Source: Steroidobacteraceae bacterium
GTDB taxonomy: Bacteria > Pseudomonadota > Gammaproteobacteria > Steroidobacterales > Steroidobacteraceae
DNA length: 64,000 nucleotides
Direction: 5' to 3'
Assembly (NCBI GenBank): GCA_036267715.1
Contig: DATAVN010000042.1
Coordinates: forward strand, 16,887-80,886
Within the stretch, counting starts at the first letter, position 1, and each line of letters begins with the position of its first letter. Positions 20,111 to 29,891 of this stretch are shown here, in pieces. The notes under the pieces were generated by a model that saw only the letters and a list, made by a program, of their open reading frames with translations, searched no databases and was not told the DNA's origin. The position numbers and the translations under genes were made by a program.

Positions 20111-20150
20111 ACCTATCGCCATCTATCGCCATCTATCGCCCTCTATTGCC
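20111..20150. repeat. 4 x 10-bp phased tandem repeat (iteron-like): acctatcgcc atctatcgcc atctatcgcc ctctattgcc
   Basis: Directly visible. Further CTATC/ATCGA motifs continue to about 20250. Confidence 0.8.
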
Positions 20151-20307
20151 TGCAATCGAAGGAGATCGATCGGCATCGTTCGCCATCGATCAAAAGACCT
20201 TCCTATCCATCGAAAAGAACTTTCACTATCGATCGTCGTCTATCGGGATCTTCACGGTTAACATGATCAAGTCCGTAAACGCAGATTGATCACAACTTGG
20301 CTCCTCC

Positions 20308-20348
20308 AACTACAAGCATGACTTGAGAGGCCGGCGCCTGCGCAATTG
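20308..20348. repeat. right copy of the 41-bp direct repeat
   Basis: actacaagcatgacttgagaggccggcgcctgcgcaattga. Confidence 0.7.
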
Positions 20349-20639
20349 AAGAGCCGCTCGCGGCGGCTGCATAACCCGCGGAGTTCCACTCATCCCGACC
20401 CGCGAAATCTGTCTAAATTTGTGGGGCCGCCTCTGCTCGCCGATAGATTACCGCATCCTTACCCAGGGCAAGTCGACAATCCTGACATCTATAGTGATTA
20501 CGGGCGCTTCATCTGGACGGTGGGGCAATATGCTCAGATGACAAATCACGGTGAATGCTGCTTGCGGCGGCAGGCCACGGCCGCACGGGTGAGCGTATAA
20601 TCAGCGATCGGCCGCTCAACCCAAACTATGAGGATCTGT

Positions 20640-21299
20640 ATGTCGCTTCGAATCAATGACACCGCGCCGAACTTCAAGGCGCAAACCACCCACGGCCCCA
20701 TCGACTTTCACCAGTGGATCGGCGACAAGTGGGCGATTCTCTTTTCGCACCCGAAGGATTTCACGCCGGTATGCACCACTGAATTGGGATACATGGCCAA
20801 GATCGAACCGGAATTCACCAAGCGCAATACCAAGCTTATCGGCTTGTCCATCGACCCGGTGGAGAGCCACGCCGGTTGGGTCAAGGACATCGAGGAGACG
20901 CAGGGAGCTGCTGTTAAATATCCGATGATTGCCGATACCGAATTGGCCGTTGCCAAGCTCTATAACATGCTGCCCGCCGATGAATCGGGCGGCGCATCAG
21001 GTCGCACCGCGGCGACCAACGCAACGGTACGCTCGGTCTTCATCATCGGCCCGGACAAGAAAATCAAGTTGACGCTCACCTATCCGATGAGCACGGGGCG
21101 AAATTTCGACGAAATTCTGCGTGCGCTTGATTCGATCCAATTGACCGCCAAGCACAAAGTTGCGACGCCGGCGAATTGGAAGCAGGGCGAGGATGTGATC
21201 ATTTCCGGATCCGTTTCCGACGAGGATGCCAAAAAGATCTATCCGGCAGGCTGGAAATCGCCGAAGCCATATATGCGCATCGTGAAACAACCGCACTGA
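20640..21299 (+). CDS. 1-Cys peroxiredoxin (Prx6-type)
   Basis: MSLRINDTAPNF..WAILFSHPKDFTPVCTTELG. I chose the ATG at 20640, 5 nt after AGGA. Confidence 0.9.
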   Translation: MSLRINDTAPNFKAQTTHGPIDFHQWIGDKWAILFSHPKDFTPVCTTELGYMAKIEPEFTKRNTKLIGLSIDPVESHAGWVKDIEETQGAAVKYPMIADTELAVAKLYNMLPADESGGASGRTAATNATVRSVFIIGPDKKIKLTLTYPMSTGRNFDEILRALDSIQLTAKHKVATPANWKQGEDVIISGSVSDEDAKKIYPAGWKSPKPYMRIVKQPH

Positions 21300-21344
21300 T
21301 CCGAACCCGGTTGGCGTGATGGGATTCACCGGTACTCGGAATTC

Positions 21345-21743
21345 TCAGGTCCGGGTGCGGGTGATCCGGGAACGCCGGCTTCCAGCACGCAAGGGTCGCG
21401 GCTGTGCGCGCAGCACCGATAGCAAAATGGCGGCGTGATTTATCCGTGGATCGCGCGCCGCGTATAGCAGCGTGATGCGCTTTTTTCGTGCGAGTGCGCG
21501 CATTTCAGCCACCAGAGGATTGCCGCTTAACTCGCGCCGATAGCGCTCACCGAATACCTCGAATCTCTCCGGTTTGTGCCCAAACCAGACCCGCAATTTC
21601 TGGCTCGGCGCGAGTTCCTTCATCCAAAATGCCAGTTTGGCGTCGACCTTCTTGATGCCTCTCGGCCAAAGTCGGTCGACAAGCACGCGCAAGCCGTCGC
21701 CGGAAGCCGGCGCCGCGTAGATGCGCTTGATCACGATTGACAT
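21345..21743 (-). CDS. DUF488 family protein
   Basis: IKRIYAAPASGDGLRVLVDRLWPRGIKK... Confidence 0.8.
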   Translation of the reverse strand: MSIVIKRIYAAPASGDGLRVLVDRLWPRGIKKVDAKLAFWMKELAPSQKLRVWFGHKPERFEVFGERYRRELSGNPLVAEMRALARKKRITLLYAARDPRINHAAILLSVLRAQPRPLRAGSRRSRITRTRT

Positions 21744-21763
21744 GGACTGGTGTCGAACGTGGT

Positions 21764-22198
21764 CTATTCGGGCAAATTTACTCCTGAGCCTCCCATTTCT
21801 TTGGGCATGTCCTTAAATTTTGGTTTGCCGTCGCGAATCGGCAATACGGTCTCCTGGTAATGCACATGTACACCGGGCTCGAACTTCAGCCTGGGCAGCA
21901 TTGCGGCATAAATGTCCACCAATCCCAGCGTGGGATGGTCGGTAAACAGATGACCGCCGCACTTATTGCACCATTTGCGGAAACTGATTGGAGTTTTGTT
22001 GTAGGTGCCAATGCTTGCGGCGCCATGAGTCACTTTCAACGCTTGCGGATTCCAAAGCGTAAAGGCGTTCACGGGGCCCGCGGACCAATGCCGGCACGAC
22101 GCGCAATGGCAATAGCCCATGCCGGCAGGTTCACCGGAGACTTCGAATTTGACCTCACCGCAGAAGCAACCGCCCTGATGGACCTTTTCGCCGCTCAT
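21764..22198 (-). CDS. GFA (glutathione-dependent formaldehyde-activating / CENP-V) family protein
   Basis: GGCFCGEVKFEV..GYCHCASCR..CNKCGGHLF cysteine pattern. Confidence 0.8.
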   Translation of the reverse strand: MSGEKVHQGGCFCGEVKFEVSGEPAGMGYCHCASCRHWSAGPVNAFTLWNPQALKVTHGAASIGTYNKTPISFRKWCNKCGGHLFTDHPTLGLVDIYAAMLPRLKFEPGVHVHYQETVLPIRDGKPKFKDMPKEMGGSGVNLPE

Positions 22199-22336
22199 AG
22201 TTCATCCCCCTTTTTCATAGATTGAAACGCGGAACCCCGCAACTCCGTATGTGGAAGGCTATCGTTGATGCGCGCCTTCTGTAAATAGGCATCCGCCGTG
22301 GCGCGAATTTTCATTGTCATATCAATCCCCGCACTC

Positions 22337-22786
22337 TTAGCTTCCGATGCTTTTCTTGGGCGTTGGTTCGGTATCGATTCCAAAGCGTGCCATTCGGCTC
22401 ACCAGCTCCGGCGGAATCTCCGTCGCGTGTCCGCTGTCGGCCGAGATGAAAACCAGCACTTGCTTCACGCTCATGCGCAATTCACCGTGGTGGGATGCCT
22501 CTATGCGCACTTCGCAGGAAGTACGCCCGGTTTTCACGGTCCAGAGATTGAAAGTGAGGCGGTCTCCAAAGCGTGTCGGTTTGGGAAAGTCGACGGTGAA
22601 ATGCACGGAAGGAGTGAGAATTTGCTTGTGATGAAACAAACCTGGCGCGCTCGCCGCGAGTCCGTCTTCGAACCAGTCCTCCACGAAGTCGCTGATCATT
22701 TCGAAATAGCGCGGATAGAAAACCCATCCGGCGGCATCGCAATGTCCGAAGCGCACGAGAATCTCACGCTGAAATGCCGCCATCAT
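22337..22786 (-). CDS. hotdog-fold acyl-CoA thioesterase (4HBT/YbgC-like)
   Basis: VRFGHCDAAGWVFYPRYFEMISDFVEDWF. Confidence 0.75.
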   Translation of the reverse strand: MMAAFQREILVRFGHCDAAGWVFYPRYFEMISDFVEDWFEDGLAASAPGLFHHKQILTPSVHFTVDFPKPTRFGDRLTFNLWTVKTGRTSCEVRIEASHHGELRMSVKQVLVFISADSGHATEIPPELVSRMARFGIDTEPTPKKSIGS

Positions 22787-22879
22787 TCATCCCACAGGGC
22801 CGAAGCTGGCACTGAGTATAGATGATGGCGCAGGAGAAATGGGCCGCCAGCGGATCTGCAGGCGGCCCATCCAGGGTTG

Positions 22880-24988
22880 CTAGTGGACCGAGGCGGTTAA
22901 CAGGTCCGCTTCGGCGATCAACAACTCGGCTCTGGGCGGATCGACCGGCTTGTTGTCGAATGCCACACCCTCCAGCATATCGATCATCTTTTGCGCGATG
23001 GCATTGCGCGCATCGGTAAGCCGCGTGAGCTCCGCTTCCAGCCGGGCATAGGTCGCATCGTCACCGTTGAGCGCCGCGGTGGAGATGGCAAAGGTTTTGC
23101 GGCCGAGGCGTCCAACCGGCGCGTTGATGGTCTTATAGGCCTCCGCCAGGCGCTCAATCACGTTGCGATTGCCCTGTTTCCCTTGCAGCACCGCGTTGTT
23201 GTTCAGCACCTCGAACAGCACGCGACCGTCATGCTGGTAATCGTCCTTCAGTCCCAGCAAGGCGATGATGGTGGGACGCGTGTCGGTGTGATCGCTGAAT
23301 ATCGCATCGGTAGGTCCCATATGCTGTACGCCAGGACCCACCAAGCCGAGCCATGTCTTGGTGATTTGCTCCTGGAAATCGCCGTGATTCCAAGCGAAAC
23401 CGCCGTGGCCCTCGAGCGTCACGCATGCGGGTGCTTCATCGCAGCTGTCTGTGCCGCTGGCGAAGTTGAAATAATTGTCGTTTGCGAAGACCACGAAGTT
23501 CGGGGTCCGATTCGGATCCGAGGTCACCATGTGTAGAAAGCGCTGCTCGGTTTGGTCAGCCACGGCCTGAGCGATTTTGTCGGTGTTTCCGGTGATTGGA
23601 TTTACCGCGGACAACGCTCCCACGTCGCGCTCGAGCTGGCGGGTGATTGGATCGGTCTGGCCGGGATTGCCATTGATGTAGAAGGTTGGTGCCGAGTCCG
23701 AATGCACTGAAAACGGCGTGGTGTTATTGGCTTGAGTTGCCAGCAGGCGGCTCAAGTTGGCGTCGATTTCCCCGATCTGCTGATAGGTGCATGGCACGTG
23801 CACGCCGTCGCAGCCGGCAGGAGAGGGGGCCCCGCCGACGAAGTGGTCATTCTCATCGGCGGTGACGATAAACAGCGTATTGTCCTTCGTGATGCCGTTC
23901 TGCGCGAGGCGCGTAAAGAATTTTCCAAATGCTTCGTTGGCAGCGGCCAACTGCGCGACATAGCTGGCTTCGCCGGGGCCAAAAGTGCCGGTGCTTGCGT
24001 GGTTGTCGTGCATATCTTCAATATAGCCATAGACAACCGGTATGCCGGCCTCGAGCATCGTCGCCAGGTAGCCCAGGGTCTGTGACGCGGAAGGGTCAAA
24101 GGCGTTGGGGAACCCGGGGTTGCCGCTGGCATCCGAGATCACATTGCCGTCGATGTCCTTGACGGGGCCACGGGGCGACACGGCGGGCTGCACGTTGAGC
24201 CCGCCGAACAGCGCGTTGAAACCTTGATAGCCACCGGGCTCATCCGTGAGCACGTCAGGCTTGCCCTTGGTGCAGATGGAACTGTTTTGAGCGCAGTGCA
24301 CGGCTATTCCCAGGAAATCGGCCTTCGCCTTGGTGGGATTGCTCGAGGCCTCAGCCGCTTCCGGCGAACCGGACCCGAAGACGTTGGTGATGTCGGTCGT
24401 GATATTTTCGAATTCGATGTTGGCGACCGAAAATGCGCCGACATCGCAACCTGCCCGGGTGAATGGCACCCAGGGTGCCGGGTGAATCTTGCCTTGCTGA
24501 TTCACCATCACCGGAATCGGCACAGGGGTGGTTTCCAATGGATCGGTCCAGTACTCGAAGGTGCTGGGAAACGAAGCGGTGCCGTTGGCCTTGAAGAAGG
24601 GCAGGCTGTTGCCGATGGGCGCGCCCATTTTTTCGCCATAAACGCCGCTGAGCGTGGTCAGGATATCGACCGACGTGTGCGAGATCAGCGGAGTATGGTG
24701 ATCCGTGAGCACCGTTCCGTTGTCGATCAGAAAATTGCGCAGATTCGACATTTGCTCAAGATCGCTCGGGACGTTGGGCGTATCGCGGCGAAAATGCACG
24801 TTGTCGAACTGGATGTAAACCACGTGCTGGATTCGGTTGTTATCGGAATGCAGCTCGCAGCGGCCATTGCCCGCGTTTCCGCGTCCGGCATTTCCGCTCG
24901 AATTGCTGTTGGGCTGCGCGAGTGCGCTCGCGCTGATGAATGCCGTGACGGCAATCAGTCCGGTCAGAAACGATCTGCTTCCTTTCAT
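22880..24988 (-). CDS. secreted alkaline-phosphatase-superfamily protein (phosphodiesterase/phosphoesterase-like)
   Basis: Signal peptide. The core VVYIQFDNVHFRRD..PNV..LISHTSVDILTTLSGVYGEKMG resembles the metal/nucleophile region of NPP-type enzymes. Family assignment is tentative. Confidence 0.45.
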   Translation of the reverse strand: MKGSRSFLTGLIAVTAFISASALAQPNSNSSGNAGRGNAGNGRCELHSDNNRIQHVVYIQFDNVHFRRDTPNVPSDLEQMSNLRNFLIDNGTVLTDHHTPLISHTSVDILTTLSGVYGEKMGAPIGNSLPFFKANGTASFPSTFEYWTDPLETTPVPIPVMVNQQGKIHPAPWVPFTRAGCDVGAFSVANIEFENITTDITNVFGSGSPEAAEASSNPTKAKADFLGIAVHCAQNSSICTKGKPDVLTDEPGGYQGFNALFGGLNVQPAVSPRGPVKDIDGNVISDASGNPGFPNAFDPSASQTLGYLATMLEAGIPVVYGYIEDMHDNHASTGTFGPGEASYVAQLAAANEAFGKFFTRLAQNGITKDNTLFIVTADENDHFVGGAPSPAGCDGVHVPCTYQQIGEIDANLSRLLATQANNTTPFSVHSDSAPTFYINGNPGQTDPITRQLERDVGALSAVNPITGNTDKIAQAVADQTEQRFLHMVTSDPNRTPNFVVFANDNYFNFASGTDSCDEAPACVTLEGHGGFAWNHGDFQEQITKTWLGLVGPGVQHMGPTDAIFSDHTDTRPTIIALLGLKDDYQHDGRVLFEVLNNNAVLQGKQGNRNVIERLAEAYKTINAPVGRLGRKTFAISTAALNGDDATYARLEAELTRLTDARNAIAQKMIDMLEGVAFDNKPVDPPRAELLIAEADLLTASVH

Positions 24989-25167
24989 GGTGCGTCCCCC
25001 CTTGTTGGAACCTGGTGGCTGAAAGGGAGCATTGTTAGTGCGAGTGTTTACGCCAAAAAGGCACCTGGGTTACATCGCGGTAACACGGCGAGCGGCTCGA
25101 CGGGTAACATTGTCGCGCCCGCAGCGCGGACTCCAAGCGCCATAAACTTAATTAACCGGGGTGACAC

Positions 25168-26007
25168 GTGCAAAAATTTCAATTTGAAGGAAACGCTGCT
25201 GCGGTCACCGGTGCCGCCAGCGGCATCGGACGCGCGCTGGCGATTGGCCTGGCGGCCCGCGGTTGCGATCTGGCGCTCGCCGACCTCGACCTCGGCGGCT
25301 TGCAGACGGTGGCGAACGAGATCAGGATGGTTCATGACCGGCGGGTCACGATCCATCGGCTCGACGTTGCCGACCCGGACCAAATTCAAGAGTTCTCGGT
25401 CTCCGCGATCTCCGACTTTCCGGCGCTCAGTTTGTTGATCAACAACGCCGGCGTCGCGCTGCTCGGTCAGTTCGACGAGTTCGATGAGGCGCAGATGGCG
25501 TGGCTCATGGACATCAATTTCTGGGGAGTCGTGCGCGGCACCCGCGCCTTCCTACGACATCTTCAAAGCCGGCCCCAGGCTCATATCGTCAATATTTCCA
25601 GTGTGTTTGGGATCATCGCGCCGCCCGGCCAATCGGCGTATGCCGCGTCGAAATTCGCGGTGCGCGGATTCTCGGAGTCATTGCGCCACGAACTCGCGAT
25701 GAACAAGAGTCCTGTGAGGCTCTCAGTCGTGCATCCCGGCGGCGTCAAAACCAACATAGCGCTCAAGGCCCGAACGGGAAACCAACTGCGCGAAAGCGTG
25801 AGCATGAGAGAGGTCGGGGAACGATTCGAACGGCTGGCACGCACCACGCCCGCGGACGCCGCGCAACGCATCATTCGCGGCATCGAGCAAAACGAACCGC
25901 GCATTCTCATTGGCAGTGATGCGAGGTATCTCGACATCATCCAACGCTTGAGGCCCGCGAGGTACTGGTCGCTGTTGGCGCGTGTCTTCGACAGGATGTC
26001 GGTATAG
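25168..26007 (+). CDS. SDR family oxidoreductase
   Basis: TGAASGIGRALA, NNAG and YAASK motifs; GTG start. Confidence 0.85.
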   Translation: MQKFQFEGNAAAVTGAASGIGRALAIGLAARGCDLALADLDLGGLQTVANEIRMVHDRRVTIHRLDVADPDQIQEFSVSAISDFPALSLLINNAGVALLGQFDEFDEAQMAWLMDINFWGVVRGTRAFLRHLQSRPQAHIVNISSVFGIIAPPGQSAYAASKFAVRGFSESLRHELAMNKSPVRLSVVHPGGVKTNIALKARTGNQLRESVSMREVGERFERLARTTPADAAQRIIRGIEQNEPRILIGSDARYLDIIQRLRPARYWSLLARVFDRMSV

Positions 26008-26021
26008 ACACCGGTGCCGGA

Positions 26022-28070
26022 TCAACCCGGTTGCAGCTCTGCCAGCAGCCGTTTGGCTGCGTACACCTTTTCGAGCGCCTCGCGAATGATGGCTGGATGC
26101 AGGGCGATCGCCCGATTGTTGTCCGGATTGAACCAGTAATGGCCGGCGATCGAGTGTATGTTGCCGTCGAACATCAGGCCGACGATTTTTCCGGATGCGT
26201 CGATGAGTGGACTTCCGGAGTTTCCGCCGACAATATCGTTGCTCGTGGAAATGCAAAATGGCGTGCTCATGTCAAGCTGGTCCTTTACGCGCATCCAGCT
26301 GTCGGGAATCTTGAACGGCGCGGTTCCGGTCGCACGCGCAAATGCCCGGTCGAGGTGGGTAAACGGTTCGATCGGAGTGCCATTTTCGACCCAGCCCTGA
26401 ACGATGCCGTAGTTCAGACGGGGGCTGAAGGTGGCGTCCGGATAGCTCTTGGTCCCATAGGCTTTGAATCGGGCCGACGCGATTACCTGTGAGGCGGCGG
26501 CAATCGGTGCCTCCACTTCGTCCTCGTATTGCTTGCGAATGGCGCGTGCGTCGCCGTCGATTGCCCGCACCAACTCAATCATGGGATCATGGGACGAGTC
26601 GACGGCCGATTTTCCTCCTTCCCACAGATGTTTGCGATAATCCACATCGTCGAGCTTGGTTTCGGCAATCAGTCGCGTGGCTAACTCGTCCGGGGACTCG
26701 TTGTGCATCAATCTGCGTACTACCGGATGGTCAGGACCCAGCCATTCCCGCGTGCGCTCGAGAGAAAACGAAAGGGTCAACTGCTCGAATTCAGGATAAA
26801 CCGGAATCCGGATATACAGGTCGTGCTGCAATTGTGGCAAGGCGGCGTCAGTGTACTCGCGCAGCCGGTCCTTATTGGGTTTGAGGCGCTCTTCGGCGCC
26901 CCGGACCAACGAGCGCGCATCGCGAAACAACGCACTGCTGAAGCCCGCGCCGACTTCAATGAAAATGTAAGGCAAATAGAGCGTCCGTTCGCGGCTGACT
27001 GCCGACGCGATCGTCTGCCACGGATCGTGCCCGCCGAGCTTTGCGATGCTGCGCAGCGCCGCCTCCGACTGCGACTTCTGCGCCATAAAGGCATCGTCAT
27101 TCAGAGCATCGAGCTCCTTGCGGCGTACTTTGATGCCGTTTTGCAGGCTGTCCAGCGACGCCAGCGATATCCGTTCGTCGCCAACACTGGTCTTTCCGAA
27201 TTGAATGTATCGTCCCCGCAGCTCGGATGCGCGCAACAAGGTGACGGGCAGCGACACATCCCGGGCGAACTCGAGTTGCGAACGAGTTTGCAAGCGCTCT
27301 GTTGCGCCCGGATCGCCCGCAACGAATACCAATTGATTGGCGCTCGGTCCGGAAAAATCGATTTGCAGATAATTCGGCGTCTTAGCGGGCTTGTCATTTT
27401 CATAGGCCCTTAGGATCGAGAAATCCAGCGACCAGCGCGGAAACTCGAAATTGTCCGGATCGCCGCCAAAGGCGGCAATGTCAGCTTCGGGTGAAAATAC
27501 CAGGCGAATGTCGGCATAGCGCGTGTACTTGTAGAGAAAGTACTGGCCGCCCCGATAGAGGCTCACCGTTTGGCATTCGAGCTTGCCGGTTACGGTCCGT
27601 GCGCTTGCCTGCTCGCAAGCCTGTTCGAGCGAGGTCAGTAGTTTTTTGCGCGCTGCATTGGCGGCCGCATCGTTGAGTCCGGCCTCGGTTTTGAGTACGG
27701 CTTCGGTGATGTTCTCGGTGCCCACCAGTACATCTGCGTATTGCGACGGACATCGCTGCTCCTGCTTGCGCGTATCGGCACTGAAGCCCAATTCGAGCAA
27801 GCTCTTCTCCTTGGAGGACAATGCCGCCAGACATGACTCTACGCAGTGATGATTGGTGAGCATCAGTCCCTCCGGGGAGACAAACGAGGCCGTGCAGTTG
27901 GACAGCCGCAGCGTCGACAGCCGTACATGATCGAGCCATGCGGGGGTGATGTCGGCGCCGTAATTGTCCTTCACTGCGGCCGAAGGAAAATTGTCGAAAG
28001 GCCACATGCCCTCGTTGGCAAATGCGGGGAATGACATTGCAAGGGCAGCGAGCAACAAAAGTCCGCGCAT
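26022..28070 (-). CDS. S46 family peptidase (dipeptidyl-peptidase 7/11-like)
   Basis: Signal peptide followed by NEGMWPFDN, HHCVESC and GGNSGSPL. Confidence 0.85.
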   Translation of the reverse strand: MRGLLLLAALAMSFPAFANEGMWPFDNFPSAAVKDNYGADITPAWLDHVRLSTLRLSNCTASFVSPEGLMLTNHHCVESCLAALSSKEKSLLELGFSADTRKQEQRCPSQYADVLVGTENITEAVLKTEAGLNDAAANAARKKLLTSLEQACEQASARTVTGKLECQTVSLYRGGQYFLYKYTRYADIRLVFSPEADIAAFGGDPDNFEFPRWSLDFSILRAYENDKPAKTPNYLQIDFSGPSANQLVFVAGDPGATERLQTRSQLEFARDVSLPVTLLRASELRGRYIQFGKTSVGDERISLASLDSLQNGIKVRRKELDALNDDAFMAQKSQSEAALRSIAKLGGHDPWQTIASAVSRERTLYLPYIFIEVGAGFSSALFRDARSLVRGAEERLKPNKDRLREYTDAALPQLQHDLYIRIPVYPEFEQLTLSFSLERTREWLGPDHPVVRRLMHNESPDELATRLIAETKLDDVDYRKHLWEGGKSAVDSSHDPMIELVRAIDGDARAIRKQYEDEVEAPIAAASQVIASARFKAYGTKSYPDATFSPRLNYGIVQGWVENGTPIEPFTHLDRAFARATGTAPFKIPDSWMRVKDQLDMSTPFCISTSNDIVGGNSGSPLIDASGKIVGLMFDGNIHSIAGHYWFNPDNNRAIALHPAIIREALEKVYAAKRLLAELQPG

Positions 28071-28125
28071 GGATTCCTCGTGCTATCGTTATCCTTCAAT
28101 GACGATGCAATATTCTACTGAATAG

Positions 28126-29439
28126 ATGCGATACAGATCTCAGTCTACTCTCCAGCCGAAGCACGGTCGCTTCCCTGCAAGCACCGCATTGCAGGCACCC
28201 CAGCGCCGCGCGTTCGCCGCATTTGCCAACGCGGAATTCCGGATCTTCTTCTTCGCCGGCAGCGCGGCCATGATGGCGGACAACATCGAACACGTGATCT
28301 CCTATTGGATGATCTTTCAGAAGTTTCATTCCCCTGCGCTAGGCGCTTTTGCGGTGGTCTCGCATTGGGCGCCTTTTCTGCTGCTTGCCGCCTACACGGG
28401 TGGACTGGCGGACCGTTTCGATGTTCGCCGCCTCATTCAAATCGGCATGCTGATGTATATGGGTGTCTCAATCGGTTGGGGGGTCATGTTCATGACTGAC
28501 TCCACCGAAGAATGGAAGGCGATGGCGCTGCTGGTGATCCACGGGTTGGCGGGGGTCATTTGGATACCTGCATCCCAGGTGTTGATCCATCGAATCGTCG
28601 GAACGGAACAATTGTCGAGTGCAGTCCGGCTGAATGCCACGGGTCGATACCTGGCATTCCTGGTCGGCCCCGCGGTGGGCGGCGTGCTGTTATTGGTGTT
28701 CGGACCCATCAACGGCATTTTCATCAATGCGCTGATCTATATGCCGATGTTCATATGGCTGATCCGGGCGCCATATGGCCCAACCGCTTCCGTGCCGCGG
28801 TCTGCGGGCATTCGTGGATTTGGGGATATCTGGGCCACGATGAGAGTGGTTGGACAGAATCCCGTGCTGCTATCGATGACGGTACTGGTCGGTGCGTCCG
28901 CATTCTTCGTTGGCAATGCCTACCAGGCGCAAATGCCCGGATTCGCTCTTGATTTGGGGCATGCACGGGCGGCAGACATTTCATATAGCATTTTGTTGGC
29001 CGCCGACGCCGCAGGAGGTCTTGCGGCGGGGATCATTTTGGAAAGCCGCGGGCTGCTCCCCCCCAGGGTACGAACGGCCTATATTCTGGCGATGATCTGG
29101 TGCTGCGCGCTGGCTGGGTTCGCGCGCTCCCATGTCTACCTTGTGGCAATCGCGTTGCTGTTCGTCGCGGGCTTCGTCGAACTTGCATTCAATTCGATGG
29201 CGCAGTCGCTGGTGCAGTTGAACGCGCCGGCCGAGATTCGTGGCCGCGTCATCGGAGTGTTTGCCATGTCCGCCAACGGACTGCGAACTTTCAGCGGGTT
29301 CAGTGTCGGTCTGCTCGGTGTCAGCGTCGGCATCCACAATTCCCTGAGCTACAGCGCTGCTGCGCTATTGTTCTTGTACTTCGCGATATTGGTCACTCGC
29401 CATGTCAGCCGCCGGCTAAATCCGGCGGCGCTGCCATGA
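28126..29439 (+). CDS. MFS transporter
   Basis: About 12 predicted hydrophobic helices, FRIFFFAGSAAMMADNIEHV.., GGLADRFDVRR loop. Start uncertain. Confidence 0.75.
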   Translation: MRYRSQSTLQPKHGRFPASTALQAPQRRAFAAFANAEFRIFFFAGSAAMMADNIEHVISYWMIFQKFHSPALGAFAVVSHWAPFLLLAAYTGGLADRFDVRRLIQIGMLMYMGVSIGWGVMFMTDSTEEWKAMALLVIHGLAGVIWIPASQVLIHRIVGTEQLSSAVRLNATGRYLAFLVGPAVGGVLLLVFGPINGIFINALIYMPMFIWLIRAPYGPTASVPRSAGIRGFGDIWATMRVVGQNPVLLSMTVLVGASAFFVGNAYQAQMPGFALDLGHARAADISYSILLAADAAGGLAAGIILESRGLLPPRVRTAYILAMIWCCALAGFARSHVYLVAIALLFVAGFVELAFNSMAQSLVQLNAPAEIRGRVIGVFAMSANGLRTFSGFSVGLLGVSVGIHNSLSYSAAALLFLYFAILVTRHVSRRLNPAALP

Positions 29440-29891
29440 AGGCGCCCGGCGACGTCGAATTCATGCGGCGTGCGCTGCTGCTCGCGCAACGCGCCGCCGA
29501 TGATGGCGAAGTGCCGGTCGGCGCGCTGTTGGTCATGGACAACGAGGTAATTGGCGATGGCTGGAATCGGCCGATCGCAAGCCACGACCCTACTGCCCAC
29601 GCGGAGATTATTGCATTGCGCGCGGGCGCAACGACGCTGAACAACTATCGGCTCGGCAATGCGACGTTGTACGCAACGCTGGAGCCGTGTGCCATGTGCA
29701 TCGGGGCCGTGTTGAATGCGCGGGTGTCACGGCTGGTATTCGGCGCCTGGGATTCAAAGGCGGGCGCTTGCGGTAGCGTAATCGACTTGCCGCGGGAGCG
29801 CCGCTTGGCGAATGGATTGGACGTGTTCGGCGGCGTGTGCAGCGACGAATCCGCCGCACTGCTGCGGCAGTTCTTCGAAAATCGCCGTTAA
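29436..29891 (+). CDS. tadA: tRNA adenosine(34) deaminase
   Basis: HAEIIALR and PCAMCIGA motifs. I chose the internal ATG overlapping the MFS stop (ATGA). The gene is adjacent to mltF, as in E. coli. Confidence 0.9.
   Translation: MKAPGDVEFMRRALLLAQRAADDGEVPVGALLVMDNEVIGDGWNRPIASHDPTAHAEIIALRAGATTLNNYRLGNATLYATLEPCAMCIGAVLNARVSRLVFGAWDSKAGACGSVIDLPRERRLANGLDVFGGVCSDESAALLRQFFENRR

Larger units (their letters stand above)
15738..20348. mobile_element. integrase-less genomic islet downstream of guaA, bounded by 41-bp imperfect direct repeats
   Basis: The direct repeats at 15738-15778 and 20308-20348 share 33/41 positions. The interior carries an AlpA-like gene, mobile-element-associated Fic pair and AT-rich non-coding DNA. 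Confidence 0.5.

Noticed and set aside
20111-20260. Possible CRISPR array
   Set aside because: The repeat units are only 10 bp and directly abutting with no spacers, and there are no cas genes in the window.
20346-20600. 84-aa ORF between the islet repeat and the peroxiredoxin gene; also the ORFs at 19702-20122 inside the AT-rich tract
   Set aside because: No RBS, no recognisable family, and odd composition. They may be non-coding, so I leave them unannotated.
20596-20601. Perfect TATAAT hexamer 39 nt upstream of the peroxiredoxin start
   Set aside because: There is no acceptable -35 or extended -10 at the proper spacing, so it is too weak to call a promoter from sequence alone.
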